Counted from the stretch's first letter, positions 14,005-27,257 are shown. The stretch is 64,000 bases of DNA from Octopus vulgaris (GCA_951406725.2 OX597819.1:10106001-10170000), one strand, 5' to 3'. The notes: a model not told the origin generated them from the letters alone. A program made the numbers and translations.

Positions 14005-14238
14005 CACACACACATATATATATACACGTATGTATATGTACATATACACATATACATATACACGTATATATACATATATAAGTATATATACATACGTATA
14101 TATATATATACATACATATATATATAAGTATATATACATATATATATATACATATATATATATATGTATATACCCACACATATATATACATATATACACA
14201 CATATATATATACATATATACACGCATATATACATATA
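13973..14238. repeat. compound (CT)(TA)(CA) microsatellite
   Basis: Direct reading. Confidence 0.95.
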
Positions 14239-14709
14239 TTAATTAAAAACGTAATATATTTCGCTTGAAGCCAAATATAATACATTAAAGTTAGTTACGC
14301 ATGCTAGATTCTTCGGCGAAAAAGCACCTGGTGGCAAGTCTTTAATTTATCTCCAGCCAAATGTAAGAAGGAAAAAGAATTGTTCTCTTTTCTTTTTTGA
14401 AAGAAAACTTCTTCGTACAAGCATGAGGATTTGGACTGTACCTTTTACGATAAGTATTGTTTTCATTTGTTTGTTTATTTTCCTTTAAGGTAAGCTAACA
14501 TCTCAGTTACGATTTACGACGCCATCTTTGTTTACTTCTGAGAATAACTTTCTTTCAATTTCTGTTTCGCTTTCAATCTATCTTTCATTTCATCTCTGTA
14601 TAACTAATATTTAAAAATCCTTTTCATTTCTTTATTTTCCTGTAATTTAAGCTAACACCTGAGCTACAACTGAGTTAGAAATATAATCGTAATTAGTTTA
14701 GAATTATAT

Positions 14710-15047
14710 ATTTCTTTCATTTCCTCACTCTCTTCTCCCTTACATATATTCCCCCACTTCCAGCTCCTTTCTCCCTTCCTTTATCTCTCTTTACGCTTAC
14801 TCTTTCCCTCTCTCTTGCATATCTTACTCTTTTTCTCATCTCTCTCCCTCCGTTTCATATCCTCCTCTTTTCTCATTTGCCCATTCTTCTCACTCCGTCT
14901 CTCTCACATCCTTCATCCTGTCTCTCCTTCACTCTGTCTCTCTTTCTCTTGCTATCCTCTCCCTCTCTCTGTTTCTCTTTCTCTTCCCCTCCTCTCCTTC
15001 ACTCTGCCTCTCTTTCTCTTCCCCTCTTCTCCTTCACTCTGTCTCTC
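14710..15047. repeat. pyrimidine-rich (CT) low-complexity tract
   Basis: Almost purine-free plus strand abutting the LINE 5' truncation. Confidence 0.85.
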
Positions 15048-17346
15048 CGAGATGACCTCACACCCCAGGTCTTAATGACATACTCATGTGACACTTTAAT
15101 TGTATACATAAGACAACATAATATAGTCATATGCAATACATATTGCCCACCGGATGCTCCAAATCACATAGGCAAGTTTGAAGATTGCCTCACAAGAATG
15201 AAAGAAATCCTCATGAATCTGGAACACCACGTGACCATATTTCTTATGGGTGATTTCAACTTCCCCAACGTCAAATGTCCGAAGGTCTCATACTCTCAGG
15301 AATGAATCATTGCAAGCAAGTACAGGTGAGTCCCTGCTCAACCTCACCAATGCCTTATTCATGGAGCAAGTTGTACTCAAACCAACTAGGGCGAATAACA
15401 TTCTGGATCTCTGCTTCACAAACAATATGGACATCATTCATGATGTGAAAGTGACACCGACATTAGTCTCGGATCACAACATAATAGAGCTGTCTATGTT
15501 TGGGCCAAAAGAAACCAGAGACATACAGCCTAAAGGAAGCACCCGAAATCTCTCCAATCTGAACTTCCACAAAGCAGATTGGAAATCGATCCAAAAAGAG
15601 ATCCTCAGAGAGGACTGGCCAAAATGTCTCTTCACACCAGACATTGACATGAAACTAGAATGTTTCATGTCTTCTGTGCAAGACGTATGCCAAAATATGT
15701 CCCAGAGCACAAGGCCAAAACAAATAGGAGCAAGATTCCAAAAGAGAGGAAGATCCTCATGAGACGACGGACGAAGGTTGCAAATCGACTCAACCAACAT
15801 CCCAAAAGTAGCGAAACGTCCCGCCTAAAAACAACACTGATAGAGATCGAAAAAAGCCTGCAACAATCCTATGTGAGGGAGAAAGCAGACAAAGAAGCCT
15901 GGGTTATAAAAAACATTAAGTCAAACCCAAAGGCCTTCTTTCATTATGCGAAAGAAACAGTTTCAGTACACTACAAGATAGGGACCTCTCCTCCAAAACG
16001 ATGGCTCCCTCACAGACAGTCCAACTAAAATTAGTGAGATACTGAATGACCAGTTCAAAAGTGTCTTTACTCAACAAATCAAATGTGGACGTAATATACC
16101 TTGATTTTGCAAAAGCTTTTGACAAGGTGGATTATGGTATGATATGCCACAAACTGCGTGACCTCGGCATAGCTGGAAAACTTGGAGTGTGGTTACATGA
16201 CTTCCTGAAAGATAGGAGTCAGGCAGCAGTGGTTAATGGAGCTACCTCTATGAACACACAAATAGTGAGCGGTGTTCCACAGGGCACTGTCTTGGGACCA
16301 TTGCTTTTTATAGTGGCCCTCTCAGATATGCCCTCAAATGCCCGGATAGCTACTCTGGCAAGCTATGCAGACGATACGAAAGTCTTGCAGAAAATACAGA
16401 ACCCCAGCGATGTTGCACACCTGCAGCAGGAGTTGGACTCAATCTACAGATGGGCTGAGGATAATAATATGCAGTTTAATGCTGAAAAATTCCAGGCCCT
16501 GCGCTACCAGCATCCAAAACTGAATATTAAACTTACAGGATACACCGGTCCACAGGGAATTTCAATCCCAGAGCCTAAGTCTGTGAGGGACCTGGGTATC
16601 GGCATGAGTGATGATACCTCTTTCCAAGTGTATATTACCAGGATGGCGACAAAGTGCAGATGACTGGCTGTATGGATCCTAAGAACATTCAGAACCAGAG
16701 ATAAGGAAACCATGATGGTCCTCTGGCGGACATTCGTCCTCAGCCACCTGGATTACTGCTCACAGCTATGGTCACCCACCAGTGTGAAATTAACAGCATA
16801 CCTTGAAGCAATCCAGAGAAGATTCACAAAGAAGATCGTCTCTTTGCAACAGCTCAGCTACTGGAAAAGGTTGAAACAGCTAAGACTCTACTCCCTGGAG
16901 AGAAGACGGGAGAGGTATGCAGTAATATATATCTGGAAGATCCCGGAAGGAATTGTGCCAAATTTTGGCATTGTAAGCTACACCAATGCTAGAACGGGGC
17001 GATACTGCATAGTGCCAAAGATCCCAGCAATGCCATCATGCATCAGGACCAGCTTCTGCAACAGCCTGGGTTTCAAGGGCCCACAGCTTTTTAATATTCT
17101 CCCAAAGAGTCTGAGGAACTTGCACAAAGTAGATGTAGCGGTTTTTAAATCAAAGCTAGACATCTTCCTGTCAAGAGTCCCAGATGAACCTAACTCACGG
17201 CAAGAGGTGCAAATGAGGGTAGCTATATGAAACTCCATTCTTCACCAAGTCCCACATATTAGAGGTGGCGCTTAGTAATAACAGTGTAGCACAAAATGGC
17301 AGTGCATCAGCAAGGCCACAGCTCTGAGCTGAAAAAAAAAAAAAAA
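15048..17346 (+). mobile_element. CR1-group LINE ORF2 relic (APE endonuclease + RT), 5'-truncated, frameshifted, internally deleted
   Basis: MGDFNFP, PTRANNILDL, SDHNII (APE); LDFAKAFDKV, GVPQGTVLGPLLF, YADDT (RT); stop at ~16661; poly(A) 17332-17346. Confidence 0.93.
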
Positions 17347-18097
17347 CTTAGAAAGGTTTTGGCCAGTATTGGCCCAGGCCATGTCTAACTTAATAGCACC
17401 ACCTGGCGAAGTCTTTCAATTCAGGATTTGGGCACTAAGGCCCATTCGAGCAGAGAGTTATTGTTTATAGAGACATATCCGGGTGTGGGTGGTTTGTCCG
17501 GGACTGTTTGAAGGAATTTGTTCAAAGACTTCTTGAATTTTGTGTGGTCAGTTTCTTTTTTGACGTGTCCTGGTGTAATGTTGAAGAGAGCGGGTCCAGT
17601 TGAGGTGAAATAATTGTGCCGTATTGTTGTTATGTGATGCGATTTAGATTTTTGTTGTGGACGGATGGCACGTGGTCCAAGCCTTGGATGTATTTTGAAG
17701 GTGATGCCAACATCATTCGGACAGTGCTGATGGAATATTTTCCACATCATACAGATAATGTAGCGTTCACGGCGTCGTTGGAGTGAATACAGTTTCAGCT
17801 TCTCTAGTCTACCCCAGTAGTCAAGGTCTGACATGCCATCTATCTTTTTTGTGATTGACCTTTGGGGAGCTTCAATTCTCATAATATTTTGTTTTGTGTA
17901 GGGAGACCACACTGGACAGCAGTATTCAAGGTGGGGTCGGGCAAAAGTGGATAAGAGAAGGATCATGGTGTGGGAATCTCTCAAAGGTTCTGAGAATCCA
18001 GGAACACATTCTGCGGGCTATGTCAACTTTGCTGCTTATATGTGTAGCTCAGCTTATGTTGTTGTCCACAGTTACTCCAAAGTCTCTGATGTTACAC
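17347..18097 (-). mobile_element. CR1-group LINE 3' fragment, tail-to-tail with the preceding LINE
   Basis: RPHLEYCCPVWSPY...LYSLQRRRERY...DKPPTPGY (ORF 17421-17984) plus short 3'UTR. Confidence 0.9.
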
Positions 18098-18109
18098 ATA
18101 TATATATAT

Positions 18110-18510
18110 ACTCTTTTACTTGTTTGTCATTTGACTGCGGCCATGCTGGAGCACCACCTTTAGTCGAGCAAATCGACCCAGGGACTTATTCTTTGTAAGC
18201 CTAGTACTTATTTTATTGGTCTCTTTTTTGCCGAACTGCTAAGTTACGGGAACGTAAACACACCAGCATCGGTTGTAAAGCGATGTTGGGAGGACAAATA
18301 CAGACACACAAACATGTACATACATACATACATATATATATATATATACAATGGACTTCTTTCAGTTTCCGTCTACCAAATCCACTCACAAGGCTTTGGT
18401 CGGCCTGAAGTAATAGTTGAAGACATTTGCCCAAGGTGCCACGCAGTGGGACTGAACCCAGAACCATATGGTTGGTAAGCAAGCTACTTACCACACAGCC
18501 ACTCCTGCAT
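18110..18510 (-). mobile_element. SINE family A
   Basis: Same body and tail, within (TA)n. Confidence 0.88.
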
Positions 18511-18854
18511 CTATATATATATATATACATACACACACATATATATATACACACACATATATATATATATATACACACACATATATGTGTATATATATAT
18601 ATATATATAAATATATATATATATCTATACATATTTATGCATAGAACGTACACACACATCCCATATATATAAAGACATCACAACACCCATTTATCTCCCC
18701 CACCCCTCTGCCAAGGTAAGATCATGGATAACATCTGACCATAGTCAAACAACTGAGTAGTAGTTACAATAAAATGTGTGGAATAAATAATAACTTCCAG
18801 GAATTTTATGAGCAATAAAATATTTCTAGTAGATTATTTTTTATTGTGTACATT

Positions 18855-19247
18855 CTCTCTTTTACTGGTTTCAGTCATTTGACTGCGGCCATGCTGGAGC
18901 ACCGCCTTTAATCGAGCAACTTGACCCTGGGACTTATTCTTTTGTAAGCCCAGTACTTATTCTATCGGTCTCTTTTGCCGAACCGCTAAGTAACGGGGAC
19001 ATAAGCACACCAGCATCGGTTGTCAAGCAATGCTAGGGGGACAAATACAGACACACGCACACACATATATATATACATATATACGACGGGCTTCTTTCAG
19101 TTTCCGTCTACCAAATCCACTCACAAGGCTTTGGTTGGCCCGAGGCTATAGTAGAAGACACTTGCCCAAGGTTCCACGCAGTGGGACCGAACCCGGAACC
19201 ATGTGGTTGGTAAACAAGCTACTTACCATACAGCCACTCCTGCGCCT
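18855..19247 (-). mobile_element. SINE family A
   Basis: Same body and tail. Confidence 0.9.
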
Positions 19248-19481
19248 ATTTTTTGTTTTTTGCTTAAATTTGTATCACAAATAGATTAGAAAGTAAATTA
19301 GTTTAGGCTCTGCAATCTATCTTAAAGTAAAGAAAACAACAAATCTAATTATTATTGTTATGTTAACTGGAATTGAATAAGTCACATTAATTACATTTCT
19401 ATGAAGCTTTGTCCTCTGAAGAGTGTGTTAATATACTTCAGCAATGAACTTCTGTTCACAGCTGAAAGAGAGCAGGTAACT

Positions 19482-20045
19482 TGTATCTTGCCCAGGATAT
19501 CAATCGTCTGGAAGCTGTTCAGCGACGTGCAACCAAAAGAATACCCTCCATCAGGCATTTGCCATATCCTGAACGCCTTACTTCCCTGGGCATGGACACA
19601 TTGAAACTCCGACGTCTGGCAGCTGACTTGGCAGACACCCATAAAATTATCAACCATCGTACAAACAATAACTCTGAGCACCTTTTCAAACTCCACCCGT
19701 CTAACACCCGTGGACATATTTACAAAGTAAGAAAACAGCACAGCTCCCATGACTTCAGGAAACATTTTTTCACGCTGAGAGTTGCTGAAGCATGGAACAA
19801 ACTGCCGGCATCAGTTGTTAGTTGTCGGAGCACTGCATCCTTCAAAACTTCCATGCTTTCTGAGATTCGCCAACACTACACCTGATTTTCTCCCCTCCAT
19901 ACACACACAGGCATGTATCTGACTCATACATTGTTCGCTTTCCAGACATTTGTACATTACTGCATGTACTTTATATGCACTTTCTGACAAGTTGTGGTGC
20001 ACCTGAGCACTGTATACAATAATTTCATTATTATTATTATTATTA
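19482..20045 (+). mobile_element. CR1-type LINE 3' fragment with (ATT)n tail
   Basis: LEAVQRRATK...YPERL...NTRGH...FFTLRVAEAWNKLP; 3'UTR ends in (ATT)n. Confidence 0.9.
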
Positions 20046-21778
20046 AATTTAATAGATATCAGTAATATTGAAAACTCTGCTCAACTCCCATTTCTTACAT
20101 ACAAACAATATTGTTTTTTGGAAAACTTTGAACATGATGGCATATGCATTTATATACTACTGATTTCTTTCTTTCTCCCTTTTTTTTCTTCTTAACAACT
20201 TGGGATTAATTTAACTCAAATAGTAAGATGAAATTCAATTTGATTCTTATACATCAAGGGACCTCTATTAGATGCATAATACCATTGATATTTAAAAAAA
20301 AAAATGTTGTGAATATTGGTTGTAGGGACTTAATACAAATCAAAACAAATCAAGCAGTTTGTTAAAAGGAAACAACTTGAAGAAATAATTGAACAAAACA
20401 TAACCAGAATTTGTTTAGCTCAAATTAGGCATTACAATAGAATAAAGATTATTTGAATAAGACAACTGATGATTACATACTGGTGATCATAGTTTCAGTT
20501 TACTGGTTAGATGCCCTCAATTAAAAGTCTGTTGCAGGTTGTGAGTGACTGTATCAAATGGCGAGCTGGCTGATGTGTAGATTTTATTTCATTTTAAACA
20601 ATGCATGTGTGCTCAGAAAAGGTGAGGTGTTTATGTTAGTGTTATTGTATTATTAACAAAGGCTCCGTAGTGGCTGTTTGTATTTAGGGACTATCTTATT
20701 AGCTTTTTAATCTTGAATGGTGTTAAGTTTTCACATGAGAACTATTAATTGTAGAAATGTTCATGGGCGGTACATGCTATTTTCCCAAGCTTACTATCTG
20801 CAACACCATATGCTCACTTGATTCCTTCATAGAAGCAACACGGTTCTTTCGCATTCACGCATTCATTACAGTGTTGGCAGAAATTGAATTAAAACAACTG
20901 CATGGTTTATTAAATTCATAAAAAAAAAAAGGAAGGATTTTTAAGAGACATTATTCTTCTTAGGTTTATAAAAAAATCAAATTGATGGTTTGATTAAAAA
21001 CCAACTAGTATAATAAGAAAAATATGTGTGTGCGTGTGTGAGTGTATAAATATTACAATGGAAATCTGAAAGAATTTCAAGTAAAAATCAAATCTTACAG
21101 CAATAGGTAAGCAGCAAATAACGCAGCAAAGATAGAGACATAAAGAGAATGAGGAGGGTGTAGGAAATGTAAAGACACAGAAGGTTAAACGGTGTTTTTA
21201 TGGTGGATATTTCTGATTAAAGGAACATATCTAAAGGAAGCTGTAACTACAAGTGGTAAAGACGTTTTCATCACAATGGCTTTTAAAGTTACAGGAATAT
21301 AAAAGTAGTTTTATTTGCAGTCAAAGACAGGAAAAAGAAGGTATTTCAAAGAAGCTCATATCTATTGGTGTTTGTGCAGCAAACACATGCAATGGCCATA
21401 GCATACTAGACACTTAAATAATATAAATCATTGTCCGGAATAAAGAAAAAGGGTTAGACACTAAAAATCATCTACGGAATGAAAAATTTTAAACTATATA
21501 CACACACATATATATATATATATATACATAGAAAGAGAGAGAGAGAGAGAGAGAAGTACGCATACATCATACAATTAGTCTATAGTAAGGAACCATTAAA
21601 ACAATCTATTCTAAGTGTTAAGGATGATGCATAAAGATTATATCTACACAACAAGCTTGGTGTATGACAGGGTGACATAGCAGTACAAATACATGGTGAA
21701 TACATGGTGTATATTTTACAGCTGGGCAGATACATTATGTGTATGTGAGAGAGAGAAAATGTATGTATGTATGTATGC

Positions 21779-21847
<69 letters not shown>

Positions 21848-21940
21848 TACACATATGTATGTATTTCATGCTCATCAATGTAGACAAAAAAATAATAGAA
21901 ACAAATAGTCTATAAAGAGTTTGTTAGATATCAGTCTTAC

Positions 21941-22059
21941 CCCTGGCTCCAACCGGGTTCGGCATGCTTTATCTCTTATTGGTTTAAATTGGTTATTAGT
22001 CCATACAGTATCATCCTGCTGGCAACTTGGATTATCACATAGGGATGTATCCAGTAATT
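21941..22059 (-). CDS. candidate p190RhoGAP linker exon (119 nt, phase 1-0)
   Basis: tttccattattag|AA TTA...CCA GGG|gtaaga; ELLDTSLCDNPSCQQDDTVWTNNQFKPIRDKACRTRLEPG; phase fits the upstream exon. Confidence 0.5.
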
Positions 22060-23841
22060 CTAATAATGGAAACAATATATACTATTAATGAGTAGACAGC
22101 CAACATGATCTGAAAACTGATTAATCAGCAACTCTTATCACTTTGTATCAGGCATATTTTCATAGCACTTAACATATTAATTCCTTTGTTTTTCTTCAAG
22201 AGCACATAATCAATCAATAATGATTGTATTGCAGTGAATGGAAAAAAAAAATGATTAAAAAAAAGAAAAGAAAAAAGCAAAAAACAATTGGATTATTTTA
22301 CTTATTTGAGAAAATTTCAGATTCTTTTACTTATTTGAGAAAATGTAGATATTAGAGATGAACAGTTAATTGATACAAGAATATAGAGTGTGGAGGAAAA
22401 TATAGATCTAGAATTAATAAAAAAATTTTAGTACCAAATAATAGTTCCAGTATCAAGCGGGAAAATGATAAATTTATAAGGAATATTACTGATACATTTG
22501 AACAGAGAAATCAACCCTAGGATAAACATATTTAGTCAATGAAATAGTTACAATATGTTGTAATAAGGATTAATAAAAAAAACACTATCAGATACTACTC
22601 AAAATGCAACAATAACAAATTCAATACATTAATATAACCCAGATGAATTAATGGTCTGAATGAAAAATATTCAAAATATCAATACTTCTTTTCCTTAAAA
22701 TCACAATATTATCATTATTATTATTATTTTTACTATTATAAATAAAAATGTCTAAAAATGGTTTACAGATAAGATCTATAAATGTATAATATCATATTAT
22801 ATTAAAATAATATAATGGCAAAGACACTACACAATATTAATAATTATTTTTATTATCTAAATCCAGATTTTGAAGAAATTTCTGTTTGCAAAACTTTCAA
22901 AAGAACTGAATTTTCAGTAGTTTTAGTACTTTTAAGATTATCATTTTATCAGATTATTTGATTTGCAATAACAAAAGAACAAAAGAATTAAAAAAAAAAA
23001 AAACCTTCCAAAAATCACAAAAGATTAGTTTAAACATTATATTTCTAACAGACATGAATTTATCAATGAGTTTTATGATTAGGCTTCAGACAACATTCAG
23101 ATAAAATAATGCTGAAAGTGCCCCCTTATACATCCCTATATGTATACATTGTACAATGGTATTGCACACAAATGCATAAGAGAACTAAATGATAAGGCTT
23201 AATACACATAATCAATCTATAGTGCAAATCAACTGGAAATGATTTCTCTCATAGTATTGACACACTGCAAACAAAGTAATTCAGCAGCAGTGGTGATCAT
23301 CATCATCATCATCAAAGGAGTTGAGTGAGCAGAGGACAACAGGGCGTCCTGTTTTAACACTTTGGTATTTAGTGGCAGTTATTTTCAATCTAAATAACAG
23401 CACTGAAATGAACTGGAACACACAGCTACATCCTTCATTTAATTCAACCATTTCTGATTAATCAATAACAATGAGTCACATAATACTAACTAGAAAATAT
23501 AAACGAATGCCTACTATCCCCACAAGATTAACTTTTCATCTCTCCTATTTAAAATAAGCACTATTTATTATTGAGATGAAATATTAATAGCATGATAATT
23601 ATAAAAACTAGGATGGACCAAAAATGTTGTTTGCCTCTAAGAAGTCAATAATTTTATTTATCAGAAAATAAAAACTGCCTTATATACATAAAAGTAGATT
23701 TATTTTGCGAAGTAAACTACACATTTGTTTTTAATGCTAAAACACAACTTGCAGGTTACAAATATCTTTATATAAGAATAAGCCAATGAATACATTTGAA
23801 CGTGCATATACAGTGAAATAGTAAAATGGTGATAAATTAGT

Positions 23842-24070
23842 TTAACCCTTTAGTGTTCAGATTACTCTGTTAAATGTAATACTTTTTCACTCAAATTGTT
23901 TCGGATTAATCCTGGATTATCTTACAGCTTTGAGGTTTCAATGATGTGATTGTTTATTTTTAGAATGGCATTGTAGGTTAGGTGTGAGAGGTTAGATATC
24001 GCCAGTTTGAATATAAAACATGTAGAATATACTGGGCCGGATTTGGCCAGTTTAAACACTAAAGGGTTCA
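23842..24070 (+). mobile_element. TTAA MITE, family 2
   Basis: TTAA-CCCTTTAGTGTT...AACACTAAAGGG-TTCA; degenerate relatives at ~5778-5950 and ~40783-40918. Confidence 0.8.
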
Positions 24071-25513
24071 ATAGCTACACATCTTAAGTAAACTCCTCTC
24101 TCTACAGATTTTCTTAAACAGGCTTCCAAGAAATGCAATGTTTTCTAAATGTGAATAAAAATGGAAGAAAATGAAAATCTTAGAAAACTGTTACTGCCTA
24201 CAACCTTTAAGTATGTTATTACGACTGCCATTCCTAATCTTTCTTTCTCTCTATACAAAAACACTGAGCACAAGACAAGTATGTTCTGCTGTGTTTTTCC
24301 TTCAGAAAGCTTCAATGCAATAACTATTGATGGGAGATGTAAACATGAAAAATGCATCTTCGGATGTTTTGTAAGGTTTTCATGTTAGTCATCAAATGTT
24401 CAGCATTAATTTTTTTTTTGTGAGTTGCAGCCATGGCAACACTTCATTTCTTACAAACAAAAATACAAGACAATTATTTATTTGTTTTTAGAATCAAAGA
24501 GCAAACCATTTACACTCTTCCACATCCATAGCTAATGCCATTAACCTCATGAAATAATAAAGATCTATGCTTATACAGGCGACACAGTTTGACTTTCAAA
24601 AATAAAGGTGGTTTTGATTGCTTAATTCACCTTAATTTACAACCTGTTTCAGGTGAAACGGCTAAATAGAAGGTTTATTATTACAGAAAATAAATATAAA
24701 AAAATTAAATAAGAAAACTAGCTACTACAGTAAAATGTTTCTGAAAGTCATCCATTCTGAACAATAAATATATTAAGTAAAAAGAATTCAATAAAAAGTT
24801 GTTACATTCTAGTTTAGGAGAATGAGGACAATTCTGTACTGGACAACTATGAAGCTATTGATTCATATCCTGTTTCTGGTACTATGATGTGTTCAAAGCC
24901 AAGAATTTAATTATTGAATGACCAATATAATCTAACGATAAATAAATATGACAGAATAGGAATGGCTCACAGCTGAAAATATGTTTTATAACTTTGCAGT
25001 TCTGTGTTCAACTACTCTAGTTGTTCTAGATAAGCTACTTCAGTAATATGGTAATCTAATCATCTTGGTCAGCCTTGCCATTAAATCTATGGTGTTTGAT
25101 AAACTGAAGTCCATTACCCTCAAGCATTCACCAAACTAGTGATTTATTTAAAAATGAGAGCCTCTAGGACAAGAAGCTAGAAATCTAGAAAATATCATCC
25201 CAAATACACACACATCATTTAATGCTAACTTTTTCATGCCTGTATGGGTCAGACAGAATTTGTTGAGGCAGATTTTCTACAGCCAGATGCCTTTCCTGTT
25301 GCTAACCCTCATCTATTACCAAGCAAGGTAATATTTCCCTATGCCAGACATGTTTTCCTTGGAAGCTTGAAAATGAACATCATGTGTATGGCAGCGATGC
25401 CTGTTTACAGTCACCACTGGATGTAAAGACAAGAATGCAAACAAACACATACACAAGAATTCTTTTCTAAAATCTTTTATAAGTTTACATTTAATAAATA
25501 GATAACTAATTGT

Positions 25514-25870
25514 GGAGGCGCAATGGCCCAGTGGCTAGGGCAGTGGACTCGCGGTCATAGGATCGCGGTTTCGATTCCCAGACCGGGCGTTGTGAGTGTT
25601 TATTGAGCGAAAACACCTAAAGCTCCATGAGGCTCCGGCAGGGATGGTGGTGATCCCTACTGTACTCTTTCACCGCAACTTTCTCTCACTCTTGACTTCC
25701 TGTTTCTGTTGTACCTGTATTTCAAAGGGCCGGCCTTGTCCCCGAGAACTACGTTAAGGGTACACGTGTCTGTGGAGTGCTCAGCCACTTACACGTTAAT
25801 TTCACGAGCAGGCTGTTCCGTTGATCGGATCAACCGGAGCCCTCATCGTCGTAACCGACGGAGTGCTTCC
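25514..25870 (+). mobile_element. SINE family C (small internal deletion)
   Basis: Same head and body. Confidence 0.9.
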
Positions 25871-26514
25871 TCTCTGTCATGACATAAAATTGCTATGTTT
25901 TTAATTGTTGTAACATAGAATTCTTATGTTTATTGTTTTATTCTTTAGTTATCCAGTGATGTCACCAATAATTGAATACAAAAATATCCTTTTTTAGATT
26001 GTATTTCTCTATGTTTCTAATTGTCATTATGTAGAATTCTTATGTTTATTTTCTTATTCTTTCATTATCCAGTGACATCACCAATAGTTAAGTACAGAAA
26101 TGCCTTTTCAATGCTCTCTTTGAAGGTGTTCATGTGCTGGAAATATTTCATTAGCTCATGTAGAAATTCATGCACTTTAAAATGTTATGTTAACATATAT
26201 TTTCAGAAATTTCAATGGTATTTTCTATATCTAAATATATTAATACAATAGAAACAATTGTTGGCTTTATAAGATGAATTCTACAATAAAGATGTGAATT
26301 TCTCTATATGTATTTTTGTTTTCAAATATGCTGAATTTTTCGAAAAATTCTTGTAAATGATATTTGGATTTACTTGTCATACACAAGGAATTACTTTGGA
26401 TGTATATTCTACTTACATCTACTAGTGTCTGATTGTTAGATATAGGTAACCAAATTCGTTTAAAACAGTGCTTTATTGATATCTACCTGGATTTTTTAAT
26501 CTTTTTTTTTTTCT

Positions 26515-26520
<6 letters not shown>

Positions 26521-26555
<35 letters not shown>

Positions 26556-27024
26556 TACATATACATATATACATATACATATATACATATACATATATAC
26601 ATATACATATATACATATACATATATACATATACATATATACATATACATATATACATATACATATATACATATACATATATACATATACATATATACAT
26701 ATACATATACATATATACATATACATATATACATATATACATATACATATATACATATACATATACATATATACATATACATATATACATATACATATAC
26801 ATACATATATATATACATATATATACATATACATATATACATATACATATATATACATATACATATATAATATAAAAACAAAAAAAAAATATATAACATA
26901 TATACATATATATATACATATATATACATATATATATACATATATACATATATATACATATATATATATATATATACATATATATATACAATATATATAC
27001 ATATATATATACATATATATATAC

Positions 27025-27059
<35 letters not shown>

Positions 27060-27099
27060 CATATATATACATATATATATATATATATACATATATATA

Positions 27100-27132
<33 letters not shown>

Positions 27133-27155
27133 CATATATATATACATATATATAT

Positions 27156-27186
<31 letters not shown>

Positions 27187-27195
27187 CAAAAATAC

Positions 27196-27251
<56 letters not shown>
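26521..27251. repeat. compound (TA)/(TACA)/(TATACA)n microsatellite, ~730 bp
   Basis: Direct reading; explains the YI/CV-rich spurious ORFs. Confidence 0.97.

Positions 27252-27257
<6 letters not shown>

Noticed and set aside
14324-17410. CTCF-like motifs (GCACCTGGTGGCAA at ~14324; TAGCACCACCTGGCGA at ~17394)
   Set aside because: Partial matches only; the second is part of a LINE 3'UTR motif.
25915-26110. Short diverged tandem duplications (~116-bp period here; also at ~22296-22345 and ~12491-12553)
   Set aside because: Ordinary slippage-type duplications with no further structure.
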